Shown: positions 1 through 11,192, counted from the first letter of the stretch. The stretch is 64,000 nt of DNA from Candidatus Methanomethylophilaceae archaeon (GCA_944320495.1 CALUHR010000013.1:96001-160000); one strand, 5' to 3'. A program made the numbers and translations. The notes: generated from the letters alone by a model not told the origin.

Positions 1-327
1 CACGACCTCCTCGTCGATGTGCGGAGGCAGCGGCAGCTGGACCAGGAACCCGTGGATGTCCTCGTCAGCGTTCAGCTCGGCGATCTTCCCGAGAAGCTCC
101 TCCTGGGTGGTCTCGGCCGGCATGCGGATTATCCTCGAGCGCATCCCCAGCTCCTCGCACATCTCGCCCTTCTTCCTCACGTAGACCTGCGATGCGGGAT
201 CGTCGCCCACGAGGATCACCGCGAGCCCGGGGACCGTCCCATGCTCCTTCAGGGATGCGATCCTCTGCCTGAGCTCCGCGTAGATCTCCTCCGAGACCTC
301 CTTTCCCAGTATGAGCTTGGCTGTCAT
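1..327 (-). CDS. folD: Bifunctional methylene-THF dehydrogenase/cyclohydrolase FolD, N-terminal part (runs off window)
   Basis: Not in the ORF track; hand translation from ATG 327 gives MTAKLILGKEVSEEI...PGLAVILVGDDPASQVYVRKK...IHGFLVQLPLPPHIDEEVV, typical FolD N-terminus; AGGAGG just upstream. Confidence 0.95.
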   Translation of the reverse strand, partial: MTAKLILGKEVSEEIYAELRQRIASLKEHGTVPGLAVILVGDDPASQVYVRKKGEMCEELGMRSRIIRMPAETTQEELLGKIAELNADEDIHGFLVQLPLPPHIDEEVV

Positions 328-391
328 CTGCCTCCTCCTTCTGGCCGCCCATCGCCAATCCCATATAAAGAGAAACGCGCGCGTGGAAGGG

Positions 392-527
392 TGGGTCTGA
401 CGGCCGACATAGCCTACGGATGGGCCCGTAGGACTCCCTATGATACCTCGACAACGAACTTAACGGTCCCGAGACTGGACAGCCACTGCTGTGATCCCAT
501 GACCGATTCACGCATGGAGGCGCCGCG
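392..527 (+). promoter_or_regulatory. Candidate structured 5' leader of the MFS gene (class unassigned)
   Basis: TATAAA-like element at ~363-368, then ~135 nt with stems CCTACGG/CCGTAGG (enclosed by CATAG/CTATG), GTCC/GGAC and ACAGC/GCTGT. Confidence 0.3.
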
Positions 528-1799
528 ATGAGCGGCTTCGGACTGACCAGGACCGAGAGGTCCTGGGTCATGTACGACGTGGGGAACTCCGCGTTCACCC
601 TGATGCTCTCGACCATCATCCCGATCTACTTCAACTCGGTCGCGGGCGAGGAGCTCTCGTCCGTAGACTATCTGGCATACTGGGGATACGCCGCCTCTAT
701 CGCCACCCTCCTGTGCGCCGTCCTCGGGCCCGTGCTCGGAGCCTACTCAGACCGCAGCGGCCTGAGGATGAGGATGTTCGTGGCCGCCCTCGGGGTCGGC
801 GTGATCGGATGCGCCCTTCTGGGATTCATCAGCGCATGGCTGGCCTTCCTGGTGGTGCTAGTGGTGACGAGGCTCGGATACTCCCTGAGCCTGGTGTTCT
901 ACGACTCGATGCTCGTGGACGTCACCACACCGTCCCATTCCGACAGGGTCTCCGCGGCCGGATACGCGTGGGGGTACATCGGCAGCTGCGTGCCGTTCGT
1001 CGCCTGCCTGGTCCTCATCCTCGGATGTGATTCGTTCGGCATGACCATGGGCCAGGCGATGACCGTGTCCCTCATCGTAATCGCCGCGTGGTGGGTCGCC
1101 GCCAGCATCCCGCTCGTGAAGAACTACAAGCAGATCCACAGCGTCGACGCGAGGTCCGAGGGGGCGCTCCGCACCCTCGCGAGGACGATCCGCAACGCCA
1201 GGGGAGAGAGGAAGGCGTTCGTCTTCCTCGTCGCGTTCTTCTTCTACATCGACGGGGTCTACACGATCATCGAGATGGCCACCGCCTACGGGCAGTCCAT
1301 GGGCCTCGACACAACGATGCTGCTCGTCGCACTTCTGGTGACACAGGTGGTGGCGTTCCCGTTCACCATCGCCTTCGGCAGGATGTCGACCAGGTTCGAC
1401 ACGTCCAGACTCATCATGGTCTGCATCGTGGCGTACATGCTCATCACGGTCGTCGCGTTCTTCATGACGTCCATCACCCAGTTCTTCGCGCTGGCCGTCA
1501 TGGTCGGGATGTTCCAGGGAGGGATCCAGGCGCTCTCCAGGTCCCACTTCTCCAGGATCATCCCGCCGGAGAGGGCGGGCGAGTTCTTCGGGCTCATGGA
1601 CATCTTCGGCAAGGGGGCGTCCTTCACTGGGACACTGGTGGTCTCCGCGGTCAGCCAGCTGACCGGACAGACCTCCTTCGGGATCCTGTCCCTCGTGGCG
1701 CTCTTCGCGATAGGTCTGGCACTGTTGGTCGTGTCATCCCGTACGCCTTCGAACAGGGATCATTCGGACACGGCGTGCACGGAGGCGCAATCGGCTTGA
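528..1799 (+). CDS. MFS transporter, UMF1/Atg22-like family
   Basis: 423 aa, ~12 hydrophobic segments, N-terminal SWVMYDVGNSAF and FYDSML motifs; TGA stop. Confidence 0.85.
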   Translation: MSGFGLTRTERSWVMYDVGNSAFTLMLSTIIPIYFNSVAGEELSSVDYLAYWGYAASIATLLCAVLGPVLGAYSDRSGLRMRMFVAALGVGVIGCALLGFISAWLAFLVVLVVTRLGYSLSLVFYDSMLVDVTTPSHSDRVSAAGYAWGYIGSCVPFVACLVLILGCDSFGMTMGQAMTVSLIVIAAWWVAASIPLVKNYKQIHSVDARSEGALRTLARTIRNARGERKAFVFLVAFFFYIDGVYTIIEMATAYGQSMGLDTTMLLVALLVTQVVAFPFTIAFGRMSTRFDTSRLIMVCIVAYMLITVVAFFMTSITQFFALAVMVGMFQGGIQALSRSHFSRIIPPERAGEFFGLMDIFGKGASFTGTLVVSAVSQLTGQTSFGILSLVALFAIGLALLVVSSRTPSNRDHSDTACTEAQSA

Positions 1800-1824
1800 A
1801 CCAGCCGGCGATGGAAGTGACGAT

Positions 1825-2616
1825 ATGCCGTCGACTTACGCCCACCTGAGACTCGGACGCGAAGTGCTCGAGAGGCTCGATGGAGAGCCCCGCAGGGTCT
1901 GCGAGGAGCATGGGGGCCTGTACCTGATAGGCCTGCACGGCCCGGACATCCTGTTCTACTACGATGCGCTTCACAGGAACCCCGTCAGCTCGGTGGGCTT
2001 CGGGATGCACGACAGACCGGGGAGGGAGCTGTTCGAGCGCGCGAAGGCCTCGCTCCCGGAAACAGGGGACGCGGGCAGGGCGTACGCTTACGGGTTCGCC
2101 TGCCACTTCGCGCTGGACAGTGAGGCACACCCGTACATCGAGGAGTACATCCATGCCCACGGGGTGGCCCACACGGCCATCGAGGGGGAGTTCGACAGGA
2201 TGCTGCTCGAGAGGGACGGCATCGAACCCAAGAGGGCGTACCTCGCCGGCCACATATCCGCCGATGAGAGTGACTGCAAGGTGATCTCCAGGTTCTTCCC
2301 CGGCGTGACCCCGGAGCAGGTCTCCAGGGCCCTGGAGGACATGAGGAGGTACAACAGGCTCCTGGTCGCCCCGGGGAGATTCAAAAGATGGGTCATCGAG
2401 CGCACCCTGAGGAGGAGCGGGAACTACGATGACATGATTGGCCTGGTCCTGAGGAACGAGCCGGACCCCCGGTGCGGGGAGAGCGACAGGGAGCTGGACC
2501 GCATCTACGACGGGGCGGTCGCCCTGTCGGTGGGGCTCATCGGCGACCTCGAGAGGTACTTCGACGGCTCCGCCGAGCTTCCCCCGAGGTTCGACAGGAC
2601 CTTCTCCTACATGTGA
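1825..2616 (+). CDS. Zinc-dependent phospholipase C family protein
   Basis: MPSTYAH...GLHGPDILFY...GFACHFALDSEAHPYI...HTAIE pattern; TGA stop. Confidence 0.8.
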   Translation: MPSTYAHLRLGREVLERLDGEPRRVCEEHGGLYLIGLHGPDILFYYDALHRNPVSSVGFGMHDRPGRELFERAKASLPETGDAGRAYAYGFACHFALDSEAHPYIEEYIHAHGVAHTAIEGEFDRMLLERDGIEPKRAYLAGHISADESDCKVISRFFPGVTPEQVSRALEDMRRYNRLLVAPGRFKRWVIERTLRRSGNYDDMIGLVLRNEPDPRCGESDRELDRIYDGAVALSVGLIGDLERYFDGSAELPPRFDRTFSYM

Positions 2617-2620
2617 CGGA

Positions 2621-4522
2621 TCGGACCCGCCCGACCCTCATGGTGGCCACCGGGCGGTCCCTCATGAAGCCGCTCACAACGATGTCGTACATCAGGTCGC
2701 GGTTGTCCCTGTAGGCGTCCATGACCGCCTCCGCCCTGCGGACGCACTCCGCCTCGTACGGGTCCAGGCCGGACACGTCCATCTCGGCCATCTCCACCTC
2801 GGAGTCCAGGTCCTCAGACATGGCCTCCCTGACCTTCGCCCTGCAGGCCTCCGACATCCCCGGGACGGACCTGTAGAGGGAGGAGCACTGCATGGACAGG
2901 GAGTCCTGCCTCATCATGAACCTCCTCAGCATCGGATCCGAGTCGCGGTCGGCGTTGATGAGCATCTTCTGGGAGACGCTGGCGGAGATTATCGCCAGCC
3001 CGGCCTCCTCCTCGGAGTCGTCCCTCCCGTCCAGCATGTCGCGGATGTTGCGGATCCTCTCGAGGCCTATGGCCAGCGAGCGGGCGGCCAGCTCCCTGTT
3101 CTCGTCGGATATCCTGTACGGGAGGACCACGCGGTTCGCGACCACGGCCACGAACACGCCGGCCAGCGTGAACAGGACGCGGTCGGCCGCCAGCGTCTCC
3201 GACGGCGAGACCATGGAGGATGCCACCAGCACCAGGATCGTGTAGAACAGCAGCCTGGTCTCGTAGCGGTCCGTCCCGACGACGACGTACGCGTAGCCGG
3301 CGAACAGTCCGACGGCCAGCATGAGTAGCGCATCGTAGCCGGCGACCGCCCACAGCACCAGGAATGCGGCGGCTCCTGCGAGCGTATGTGCCAGACGCAG
3401 CATGGATCCCCTCCACGAGTCCTCCAGGTACGGTACCACGGCGGCAACGACGGTGAACAGCATCCACTGGGCATTCTCCCATCCCCAGTACGACCATGCG
3501 AAGGCCACCAGGGCGAACATCAGGCCCATGCGGACACCGAAGGTGAACCTCGCCGAGTCCCTGCGGGCCTCCTCGCGGAGGGTCCGGATGACGGCGCGGA
3601 CGGTCGGGAGCCTGCCCTCACCGTACTCGCCCTCGGCCCCGGACTCCAGGGACTCCAGGCATCTGGCCATCTCCCTCAGCGCGATGACCGTGGATCTGCC
3701 GGCATCCGGATTGGAGGCCAGGAGCGCGTCGACCGCGGAGCGCACCGCGGAGGCCCCCACCTCGCCCGTCTCATGGGACGACACGATGGACATCAGCGGC
3801 CTCATGCCCCTCAGGACCCCTTCCGACCTCTCCGTCCTGCAGACAGAGCGGCCCACGTCCATGAGGGCCACGACCAGGTCGAGAACCCTCCTATCGCGCG
3901 GCGTGGTAAAGAAGTTGCCCTTCAGACGGTCGTACATCATACGATTCATGTCCGTGCACAGACGACCGAGGTCGGCCACGCTTGGCTCCCCTCCGTCCAG
4001 CACCTCGTCCGCGCACCTGGAGACCTCGTCGCATATGGCGATGACCCCGCGGTGACTGGAGCTGACCCTGCTGCCGCGATTCACCATCACGTTGAGCGCG
4101 ACGATGAAGACGGCGCTGACTGCCAGCACGAGCAGGCGGTCGGGCATCTCCTCCAGGGTCACGGGGAGCGTGACCATCGAGGCGTAGAACAGCAGCATGG
4201 GGAAGTGCATCGGGGAGCGGAGGTCCTGCATGGAGACGAAGACCACCACGAACACTACCACGAAGTTGACCGCGAGACCGAGGAACGGGTCCAGGGACGC
4301 CACGAAGGCCCCCAGACCCATGAAGACCATGAAGACCATCAGGCTCGCGAGATTCGAGAACGGGCGCGACGACAGGTCCTTCGAGAGCATCAGCATCGCG
4401 GCCGAGGAGACGGTGATCCCCAGCAGGGCGTAACGGGTCCCGAAGAGGAACAGGAACACCGCCATGAAGGCGCATATGACGGCGAACGTGAGCGTCTTGC
4501 CTCCCAAGGTCCTGCCGTCCAT
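2621..4522 (-). CDS. FUSC/YccS-like membrane protein (ends at CGA 2623-2621)
   Basis: Two hydrophobic blocks with AVVPY...SMLRLAHTLAG and ADRVLFTLAG motifs. In-frame CGA at codon 634 lies 4 nt from the convergent PLC stop; the standard-code ORF runs to 2537. Confidence 0.75.
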
Positions 4523-4601
4523 GGCATCGTCAGCGCGTGTACCTATTTAGAGACCCCGCGGACGGCAACAGATATGAACGGCGCAGGGGCATCATCGGCG
4601 C

Positions 4602-5504
4602 ATGAGGTCCGCGCTCCTGATACTGCCCATCCTTTCGGGTGTGATGTGGGGCGCAGCGGGGATATTCGTCCGCACACTCTCGGAGTACGGCTTCGACGGT
4701 CAGACCATCGCGTTCTCGCGCGTGCTCATCGCCATGGCCATGATGCTCCTGCTGATCCTGGCAACCGACAGGAGGATGCTCTCGTTCAGGAGGCGCGACA
4801 TCTGGCTGTTCGTCCTGTGCGCGGTGTCGATGACGGGGCTGAACGTGTTCTACACCATAGCCGCCGACGAGCTCTCGCTCTCCCTGGCGGCTGTCCTGCT
4901 CAGCCTGTCCCCGGTGTTCATGGTCCTCATCGCCCGCGTCATATTCGGCGAGGCCATCACCAGGCGCAAGGTGTTCTGCATAGCCGTATCCATCGTGGGA
5001 TGCGTCCTGGTGAGCGGATACCTCGAGAACGAATCTACGCTCTCGATGTTCGGCATCGCGTCAGGAATAGTCGCGGCGGTGTTCTACGCCGTCTACGGAA
5101 TAGCGTCGAAGAAGGCCTCCGCCAGCGGCTACAGCGTCTACACCACGCTGTTCTACTGCATGCTGATCTCCATGGTCATCCTGATCCCGTTCTCAGACCT
5201 CGGCATCGTGGCCGACTACGCGGGCGAGGGGGCCTGGGAGATCGGATTCCTGGTACTGCAGGCGGCGGTGGCATCGTTCCTGCCGTACATCCTGTACTCG
5301 GTGGCGATGGCGCGCATCGAGGCGGGCACGGGGTCGCTCCTGGCGGCCTGCGGGGAGCCGGTGGCGGCCGCCGTGTTCGGACTCCTGGTGTTCGCGGAGG
5401 TGCCGAGCCCGATCATGGTTGTCGGCATGGCCCTCGCCATCGGGGCGATGGCCACGATATGCATGAACCCCAAGAGGGAGGGGAACCTCGCGGAGGATCA
5501 TCGA
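4602..5504 (+). CDS. EamA/DMT family transporter (ends at CGA 5502-5504)
   Basis: Duplicated EamA-type hydrophobic halves, 300 aa to the CGA; under the standard code it would run ~210 nt antisense into the GNAT gene. Confidence 0.85.
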
Positions 5505-5971
5505 AGAAGCGGGCGTTCCATCACGATGCGCATGAGGCCGGCCCTTCCGGACTCCCGGAACCCCTTCCTGGAGTACAGCGAGATCGCCCCGGCGTTCCTC
5601 TCGTTGACCTCCAGGACGATCGAACGCGCCCCGGAGGAGCGGGCGATCCCCTCAACGCGGTCGATGGCCCTCGAACCGAGGCCGAGGCCACGGAACCCCT
5701 CGAAGAGGTAGAGCTTGCCCAGGTGCATCGCGTCCCCCTCCATGCCATAGGCGAGATATCCGGCGCGGACCCCGCACACTGTGATCCACTCGTAGACCAT
5801 GCCCTCGGCCATCTGCCTCCTTATGCCCTCGGACGACTGCTCCTGCTCCAGGAACTCGTCGAGGAGATCGTCCGGCACGTATGAGTAGACCTCTCTGAGT
5901 AGGGAGTATGCCAGACCGGAGAGCTCGTCGGCGTCCTCGGGACCCAGGCGCATGAAACCCGCTTCGCTCAA
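5501..5971 (-). CDS. GNAT family N-acetyltransferase (CGA 5503-5501 immediately followed by TGA 5500-5498)
   Basis: KLYLFEGFRGLGLGS acetyl-CoA motif and VNERNAGAISLYSRKGF; start TTG 5971 or ATG 5953. Confidence 0.85.
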
Positions 5972-6515
5972 GCAGCCTGCCCCCATCGTTCCAGTTGCCG
6001 CGGATCAGACCGCGGCGGGTGTCCGAGATGAACGAGTCCAGCCTGCTCCTGTAGGCCTCGGGCCTGTCGCGGTACAGCTGCACGTTCCCGAGCCTCACGC
6101 GGACGTACAGGTCCGGCAGGACCTGGAAGTTCTCCCAGACGACCGGGTCCGCCCTCAGCTCGTCGAGGACCGCCTCGTCCACGGAGAACGACATGTCCGG
6201 TAGGACCGCCCTGCCGGCGTCCGTCATGAGGCCCAGGCGCTCCAGCCTGCGGCAGCGCGCCTTGTTGAGCTCCGTCCATCTCGACCCCTTGCGGGGAGAG
6301 AACCTCTGGACAGTGCCCAGCTCCGGGTCCTTCCTGACCGTGGAATCGATCCAGCCGAAGCACAGGGCCTCCTCGACCGCATCGACGTACGGCAGGATGC
6401 CCGTCTGGGCCTTCGTCCTGTCCACCGCGACCCAACAGCCCCGGGAGGACCGATGGTTGTCCTCCAGCCAGGACCTGAAACCGGCACGGTCCAGGACGAG
6501 GACGTCCTGCTCCAT
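5964..6515 (-). CDS. YdeI/OmpD-associated family protein (ends at CGA 5966-5964)
   Basis: FRSWLEDNH, YVDAVEEALCFGWIDS, RFSPRKGSRWTELNK, GLMTDAG motifs; 183 aa ending NWNDGGRLLE. Confidence 0.85.
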
Positions 6516-7273
6516 CGGATGACCCCCGGTCTGTAGCCGATGTCGAGGATCCCCTCAATGACCCTGCGGACGTCGTCCGACGCCCTGTCGGCATCTTCGC
6601 GGGACATGACCCCTCCGTCCCTAGTCTCGACCATGTGCCAGGAGTGGTCTGCGATGACGATGTCTCCCTCCGCGGAGGCGGCCATGGCGATGTAGTCCCC
6701 GGGCCCCCTCCTGCCCTCGTGCATCGGCCAGAGGTAGGCGGCGATGACCTTGCCCCCTGGATCCCTGGCCTTGTTCACGGGAAACTCGACCATGTCCTCC
6801 AGAAGGAACGGCTCCGACGGGGAGCCCACATCCGTGTAGGACGATGAGTCGTGCCTGATACCCAGGCGGCGCACGGCGCTCAGGACCCTCGCGTCGGCGG
6901 TCATGTACGGCGCACGCGAGCAGACGGGCCTGCCCACCCTGTCGGAGACAGCCGAGAAGGAACGTGCCAGCGTGCCGCGGAGATGGTCATCCCCCAGGGA
7001 AGTCAGGTCCTCGTGGTCGTAGCCGTGGACGCCTATCGAATGCCCGGCGGCGCGTGCGCAGTCTATGACCTCGGAGGTGCGGCCCTCGAAGAACAGCGTG
7101 CCGCGGATGCCGATGCCGTCGAGCAGATCCAGTATCGCGCCCAGACCCCTCTCCGAGGACGAGAAGCGGGGGGCGTCGCCGAAGCCCCTGTCCAGGGACC
7201 CGGCGGCGACCCTCCCCGGGACGCGCACGTTGACGTCCCGGTCTATGTCGGCGGTGTAGTACAGCCGTCTCAT
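6515..7273 (-). CDS. Polysaccharide deacetylase (NodB-like) (ends at CGA 6517-6515)
   Basis: TADID, GTLFFEG, IGVHGYDHE, RAPY motifs; ATGA overlap with AMP phosphorylase and CGATG overlap with the next gene; 252 aa. Confidence 0.8.
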
Positions 7274-8784
7274 TTCCTGACGTTCATGTTGGAGACCCTC
7301 TTGATGAGCATCCCCTCGATGTCTATCGGCGGATACTTGATCGCGGTCTCCCTGGCGCGCCTCAGCTTGGCCTCGTTGTCGGCGTAGATCGTCATGAGGA
7401 CGTCCCCGGCCTCGACCCTCTGACCCTTCTTCTTGTAGATCATCAGGCCGGCACCCTTGTCGTTCGGCGCGCCGGCGGCCTTCGCGATCGCGACGACGTC
7501 CTTGTTGTGGATCGCATGGATGTATCCGGACTTGGACGCCACGATGTCCTCGCTGAACTGCCCGGGCTTCAGGTCCTCGGACTTCAGCTCGGGGCTTCCG
7601 CCCTGGGCGACGACGATCTCCATGAACTTCCTGTGGGCGGCGCCGGACTCCAGGATCTCCCTGGCCTTGGCGGCCCCTCCCGGGATCCCGGCCATGTCCA
7701 GGATGATGCCGGCGCAGTCGCAGGCCTTCTCGATGACGCTTGCCGGGTGCTTCGCTCCCTCCAGGATCGAGATGCACTCCCTCGCCTCGAGGTTGGGTCC
7801 GACGGCGTTGCCGACGGGCTGGTCGGCGTAGGTGATGGCGCACTCGGTGTGGATGCCCAACTTCTCGCCCAGGTCCATCATGTCCCTGGCATAGACACGG
7901 GCGTCCTCGATCGTCGGCACCTTCGTGCCCGTCCCGGTGGGTATGTCCACCAGAAGGTAGTTGGCGCCGATGGCGAGCTTCTTGCTCATGATGGACGCGA
8001 GCATCTGCGCCCTGGGGTTGATGCCGAGCGGGTGCTCTATCTTGATGACGATGTCGTCCACGGGGGCGATGTTCATCCCGCCTCCCCAGGCGAACACGCC
8101 TCCGACCTCCTCGGAGATCCTCTTGAGGCTGGGTCCGTCGAGCTCGACGTCGCAGAACGTCTCCACGAAGTCGGACGTCCCGCAGGCGCTGCTGATGGCC
8201 CTGGACGAGGTCTTCGGGATCATGACGCCGGCGGCCGCCACGATGGAGACCACGATGGGCGTGATCTTGTTCCCGGGGACGCCTCCGAAGCTGTGGAAGT
8301 CGAAGACAGGCTGCCTGTCGAAGGCGATGATGTCACCGGTGTGGGCCATCGATTTGGTGAAGTCGGCGATCTCGTCGATGTCCATGCCGTTGATGTACAG
8401 CGACGTCAGCCAGGCGGACACCTCGATCTTGGAGAGCTTGTTGTCCAGGATGTCGTTGACGATGGACTCGATCTCCTCGCGGGACAGCTTCTCGCCGTCC
8501 ATCTTCCTGCGGATGGAGCGGACGGAGTCCGGCTTGCTGGAGTAGATGACCTCCACCTCGTCCCCCTCGCGGACGGCGCAGCGCTCCATCACCGGGCCGG
8601 GCATCATGACGACGCCCCTCTCGACGAGGGTGTCCGAGCACGTGACCAGGGCGACGGCGCTCCTCGGACCGGAGATGGAGACGCGGTCGTTCTCCTTCAC
8701 ACCGATGGCGGCCGCGTCGTCCTCGTGGATCAGCACAAGGGGCTCTGCGGCATCGAGGTCGTAGTAGCGTGCGATGAGCTTCAT
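7270..8784 (-). CDS. deoA: AMP phosphorylase
   Basis: MKLIARYYD start at 8784; DFHSFGGVPGNKIT, PKTSSRAISSACGTSD, SIMSKK motifs; adjacent to RuBisCO and R15P isomerase. Confidence 0.92.
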   Translation of the reverse strand: MKLIARYYDLDAAEPLVLIHEDDAAAIGVKENDRVSISGPRSAVALVTCSDTLVERGVVMMPGPVMERCAVREGDEVEVIYSSKPDSVRSIRRKMDGEKLSREEIESIVNDILDNKLSKIEVSAWLTSLYINGMDIDEIADFTKSMAHTGDIIAFDRQPVFDFHSFGGVPGNKITPIVVSIVAAAGVMIPKTSSRAISSACGTSDFVETFCDVELDGPSLKRISEEVGGVFAWGGGMNIAPVDDIVIKIEHPLGINPRAQMLASIMSKKLAIGANYLLVDIPTGTGTKVPTIEDARVYARDMMDLGEKLGIHTECAITYADQPVGNAVGPNLEARECISILEGAKHPASVIEKACDCAGIILDMAGIPGGAAKAREILESGAAHRKFMEIVVAQGGSPELKSEDLKPGQFSEDIVASKSGYIHAIHNKDVVAIAKAAGAPNDKGAGLMIYKKKGQRVEAGDVLMTIYADNEAKLRRARETAIKYPPIDIEGMLIKRVSNMNVRK

Positions 8785-10016
8785 GCGGATCCCCACTTGT
8801 CGAGAGCGGCCCTGAGCTCGGGGTGCGTCTCCGCGTACTCCGCCGCGGGGATGCCCTCGAACGCGGCATCCACCGCCTGGCTCATCCCCATCGCACCGGC
8901 GCGGACGCCGCCGGGATGGCCGGCCACGCCGCCTCCCGCCTGGATCTGCACGTTCATGCCGGAGCGCCTGATGATCTCCCCGACCAGTCCGGGATGGACA
9001 CCACCGGAGCACACGGGCATGACCGCCTTGTAGGGCACGTCGTCCCCTAGGCACGCGCGGAGGTTGCTGTCATCGTGGGCCCCCGCGGACATCTTGCCGA
9101 CGCCGAGCGTGCCGATGTGGAGGGCGTCCCCGCCCACCATGCGGACCAGCTTGGTCAGGGCGAGCATGTTCACGCCGTGGAGCGGGTCCTTGGTGAACGC
9201 CCCGTGCATCGTCCTGTGGACGTGTATGGGCACCTTTATGGACGGGTCCTCGGCCAGGGCCTGGAGGCATCCGTATCCGCAGGTGATCACGTCGATCATG
9301 ATCTCCCTGGCGCCCCACCCCTGCACCTTCTCGGCGAGCTCCAGGATGCGGTCGCTCCTGGTGCTGACGTTTACGGCGTGCATCATGTAGTGGCCCTCCT
9401 CCTCCAGGCGGTCGAGGGCCTCGGCCACCTTGACAGTCCTGTCCTCGATGGGGCAGAACGCCTGGTCCACCAGGGTCTCGTCGTCCTTGGAGTTGGTGAG
9501 CCCTCCGGACCCGGCCTCGTAGACGTACTCGGCCGTCTTCTCCGGAGAGAGCCCGATCTTCGGCTTCACGATGGTCCCGACCAGGGGCTTCTCGGGCCTG
9601 TGCAGGGCCTGCCTGATCCCCTCGGCCCCGAACTTGGGACCCTTGAACTGCTCCAGGATGCTCTTCGGGAAGGTCACGTCCTCCAGCCTGACGGCCTTGA
9701 GCGCGCCGAGGCCGAACAGGTTCCCGGCTATGACGCTGAGGATCTGGGGGACGGCGCCGTTCTCGATGCTGAAGTCCTCGGCGGGGAACTCGCAGGTGAC
9801 GATGTCCCCGTCGATCGAGGTTATCCTCGCGCCGAGGGTGTCGAAGATGCCGTGGTCCAGGGTGGAGATCCCGGTCCACGTGCCGGTGGACTGCTCCGCC
9901 GCGATGGCCTCCGCCGCCTTCTCCATCGGAAGGTCGGTGGTGACCCTGTATCTGCAAACGACGTTCCTGTCCGGGTCCTCGGGCTCCCCGAGGTGAAGGT
10001 AAGAATAGCTCTCCAT
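8781..10016 (-). CDS. rbcL: Form III ribulose-1,5-bisphosphate carboxylase
   Basis: Catalytic motifs present: GTIVKPKIG, KDDE, HVHRTMH, LHIGT, VGKM, SGG, GGG; 411 aa. Confidence 0.92.
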   Translation of the reverse strand: MESYSYLHLGEPEDPDRNVVCRYRVTTDLPMEKAAEAIAAEQSTGTWTGISTLDHGIFDTLGARITSIDGDIVTCEFPAEDFSIENGAVPQILSVIAGNLFGLGALKAVRLEDVTFPKSILEQFKGPKFGAEGIRQALHRPEKPLVGTIVKPKIGLSPEKTAEYVYEAGSGGLTNSKDDETLVDQAFCPIEDRTVKVAEALDRLEEEGHYMMHAVNVSTRSDRILELAEKVQGWGAREIMIDVITCGYGCLQALAEDPSIKVPIHVHRTMHGAFTKDPLHGVNMLALTKLVRMVGGDALHIGTLGVGKMSAGAHDDSNLRACLGDDVPYKAVMPVCSGGVHPGLVGEIIRRSGMNVQIQAGGGVAGHPGGVRAGAMGMSQAVDAAFEGIPAAEYAETHPELRAALDKWGSA

Positions 10017-10021
10017 CGAAA

Positions 10022-10948
10022 TCGCTCCCTTGAGAATATCCCGTCGCCCAGCTGCCTCACCATGACGTCATACACCGAGCCGGGACTCATCATGCCCAGC
10101 TCCGTGACGATCGCGTCTATGTACGCGGCGGGGGTGCTGTCGAACACTGGATTGAATATCTTTACCGAGTCGCGGACCTCCCCGGGCCTCACGACCTCGG
10201 AGATTTCGCGCTCCTCTATGGTCACCGAATCGCCGAACATTGTCATCGGCGAGAACTTGTAGGTCTCGGCGCAGGCGTAGAGGTGCACCCTGGCCTCGTG
10301 GGCGGCCAGCGCAAGCTGGGACGTCCCGACCTTGTTGATGAGGGCCCCCTGGGACGTGACGGTGTCGGCACCCACGAACACCTTGTCGACCTTGCGCATC
10401 ACCGAGCGCACCGCGCTGTCGATGATCAGCGTGACGTCCACGCCGGCGTCGGCCAGGTCGTTGACCGTCAGGATGCCCTGCCTCCAGGGACGGGACTCGG
10501 TTGCGTACACCCTGATGTCCTTCCCCTGCCTGTGGGCCTCCTTGATGACGCCTAGGGCGGCGCTGCTGTTGCAGTGCGTCATGATGACATCGCCGTCCTG
10601 GATCCTGCGTGCTCCGATGCGGGCGATCTCCTCCACCGCCCTCTCGGACCTTTCGCAGAATGCCTTCGCGTTGGCCAAGACCAGCGACCTTGCCTCCTCG
10701 AGGGAGGATGCCTCGGACGCGCCCCTGACCGTGGCGTGCAGCCCGTTCCACAGCGAGACCGCGGTGGGCCTCGATGCGAGGATCGTGTCGCTCGCCCCCT
10801 TCAGATCGGCGAGGAACCCCTCCAGGGTCCCCCCGGTGTACGTGTCGGCGAAGTCGCCCAGCGCGGACGCTCCCGCCCTGGCGATCCTCCCGGCCCCGCG
10901 AATCCTCATGCTGCGGATCAGCTCCGCAGTCTCCTCCGCCGTGGTCAC
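10022..10948 (-). CDS. Ribose-1,5-bisphosphate isomerase (eIF2B-alpha-like) (ends at CGA 10024-10022)
   Basis: IRGAGRIA, SRPTAVSL, MTHCNS, TESRP, VGAD, NKVGT, NPVFDSTP motifs; probable GTG start 10948; sequence reads GAG CGA TTT CG ATG(rbcL). Confidence 0.9.
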
Positions 10949-11192
10949 GATGGGGGTATCTCCGACTACCCCTATAAGGACGCGCAATGAGGCCTCGTGA
11001 ATGGACTGGAAATAAAATGCATACGATTGTCTGTGACCAATATGCTTATCCCATCGGCTGTCCATCAGAGATTGCATATATCGGAATCCACGGCCCTTCC
11101 GTTTGCGGATGTCGGGACCCGTGGATGATACACAACTAACACCGTGCATGAAACGTTGCAGTGACGTACGCCGTTGAAATACGATATCGGAG

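Noticed and set aside
392-527. Assignment to cobalamin, THF, purine or ZTP riboswitch
   Set aside because: Only a short GCCACTG match to the B12 element; other conserved cores are absent.
5505-5711. Long C-terminal tails on EamA, YdeI, deacetylase, R15P isomerase, prmC, wHTH, truA and the last GT2 as real overlapping coding
   Set aside because: The tails are compositionally junk, lie over other genes, and all begin right at an in-frame CGA.
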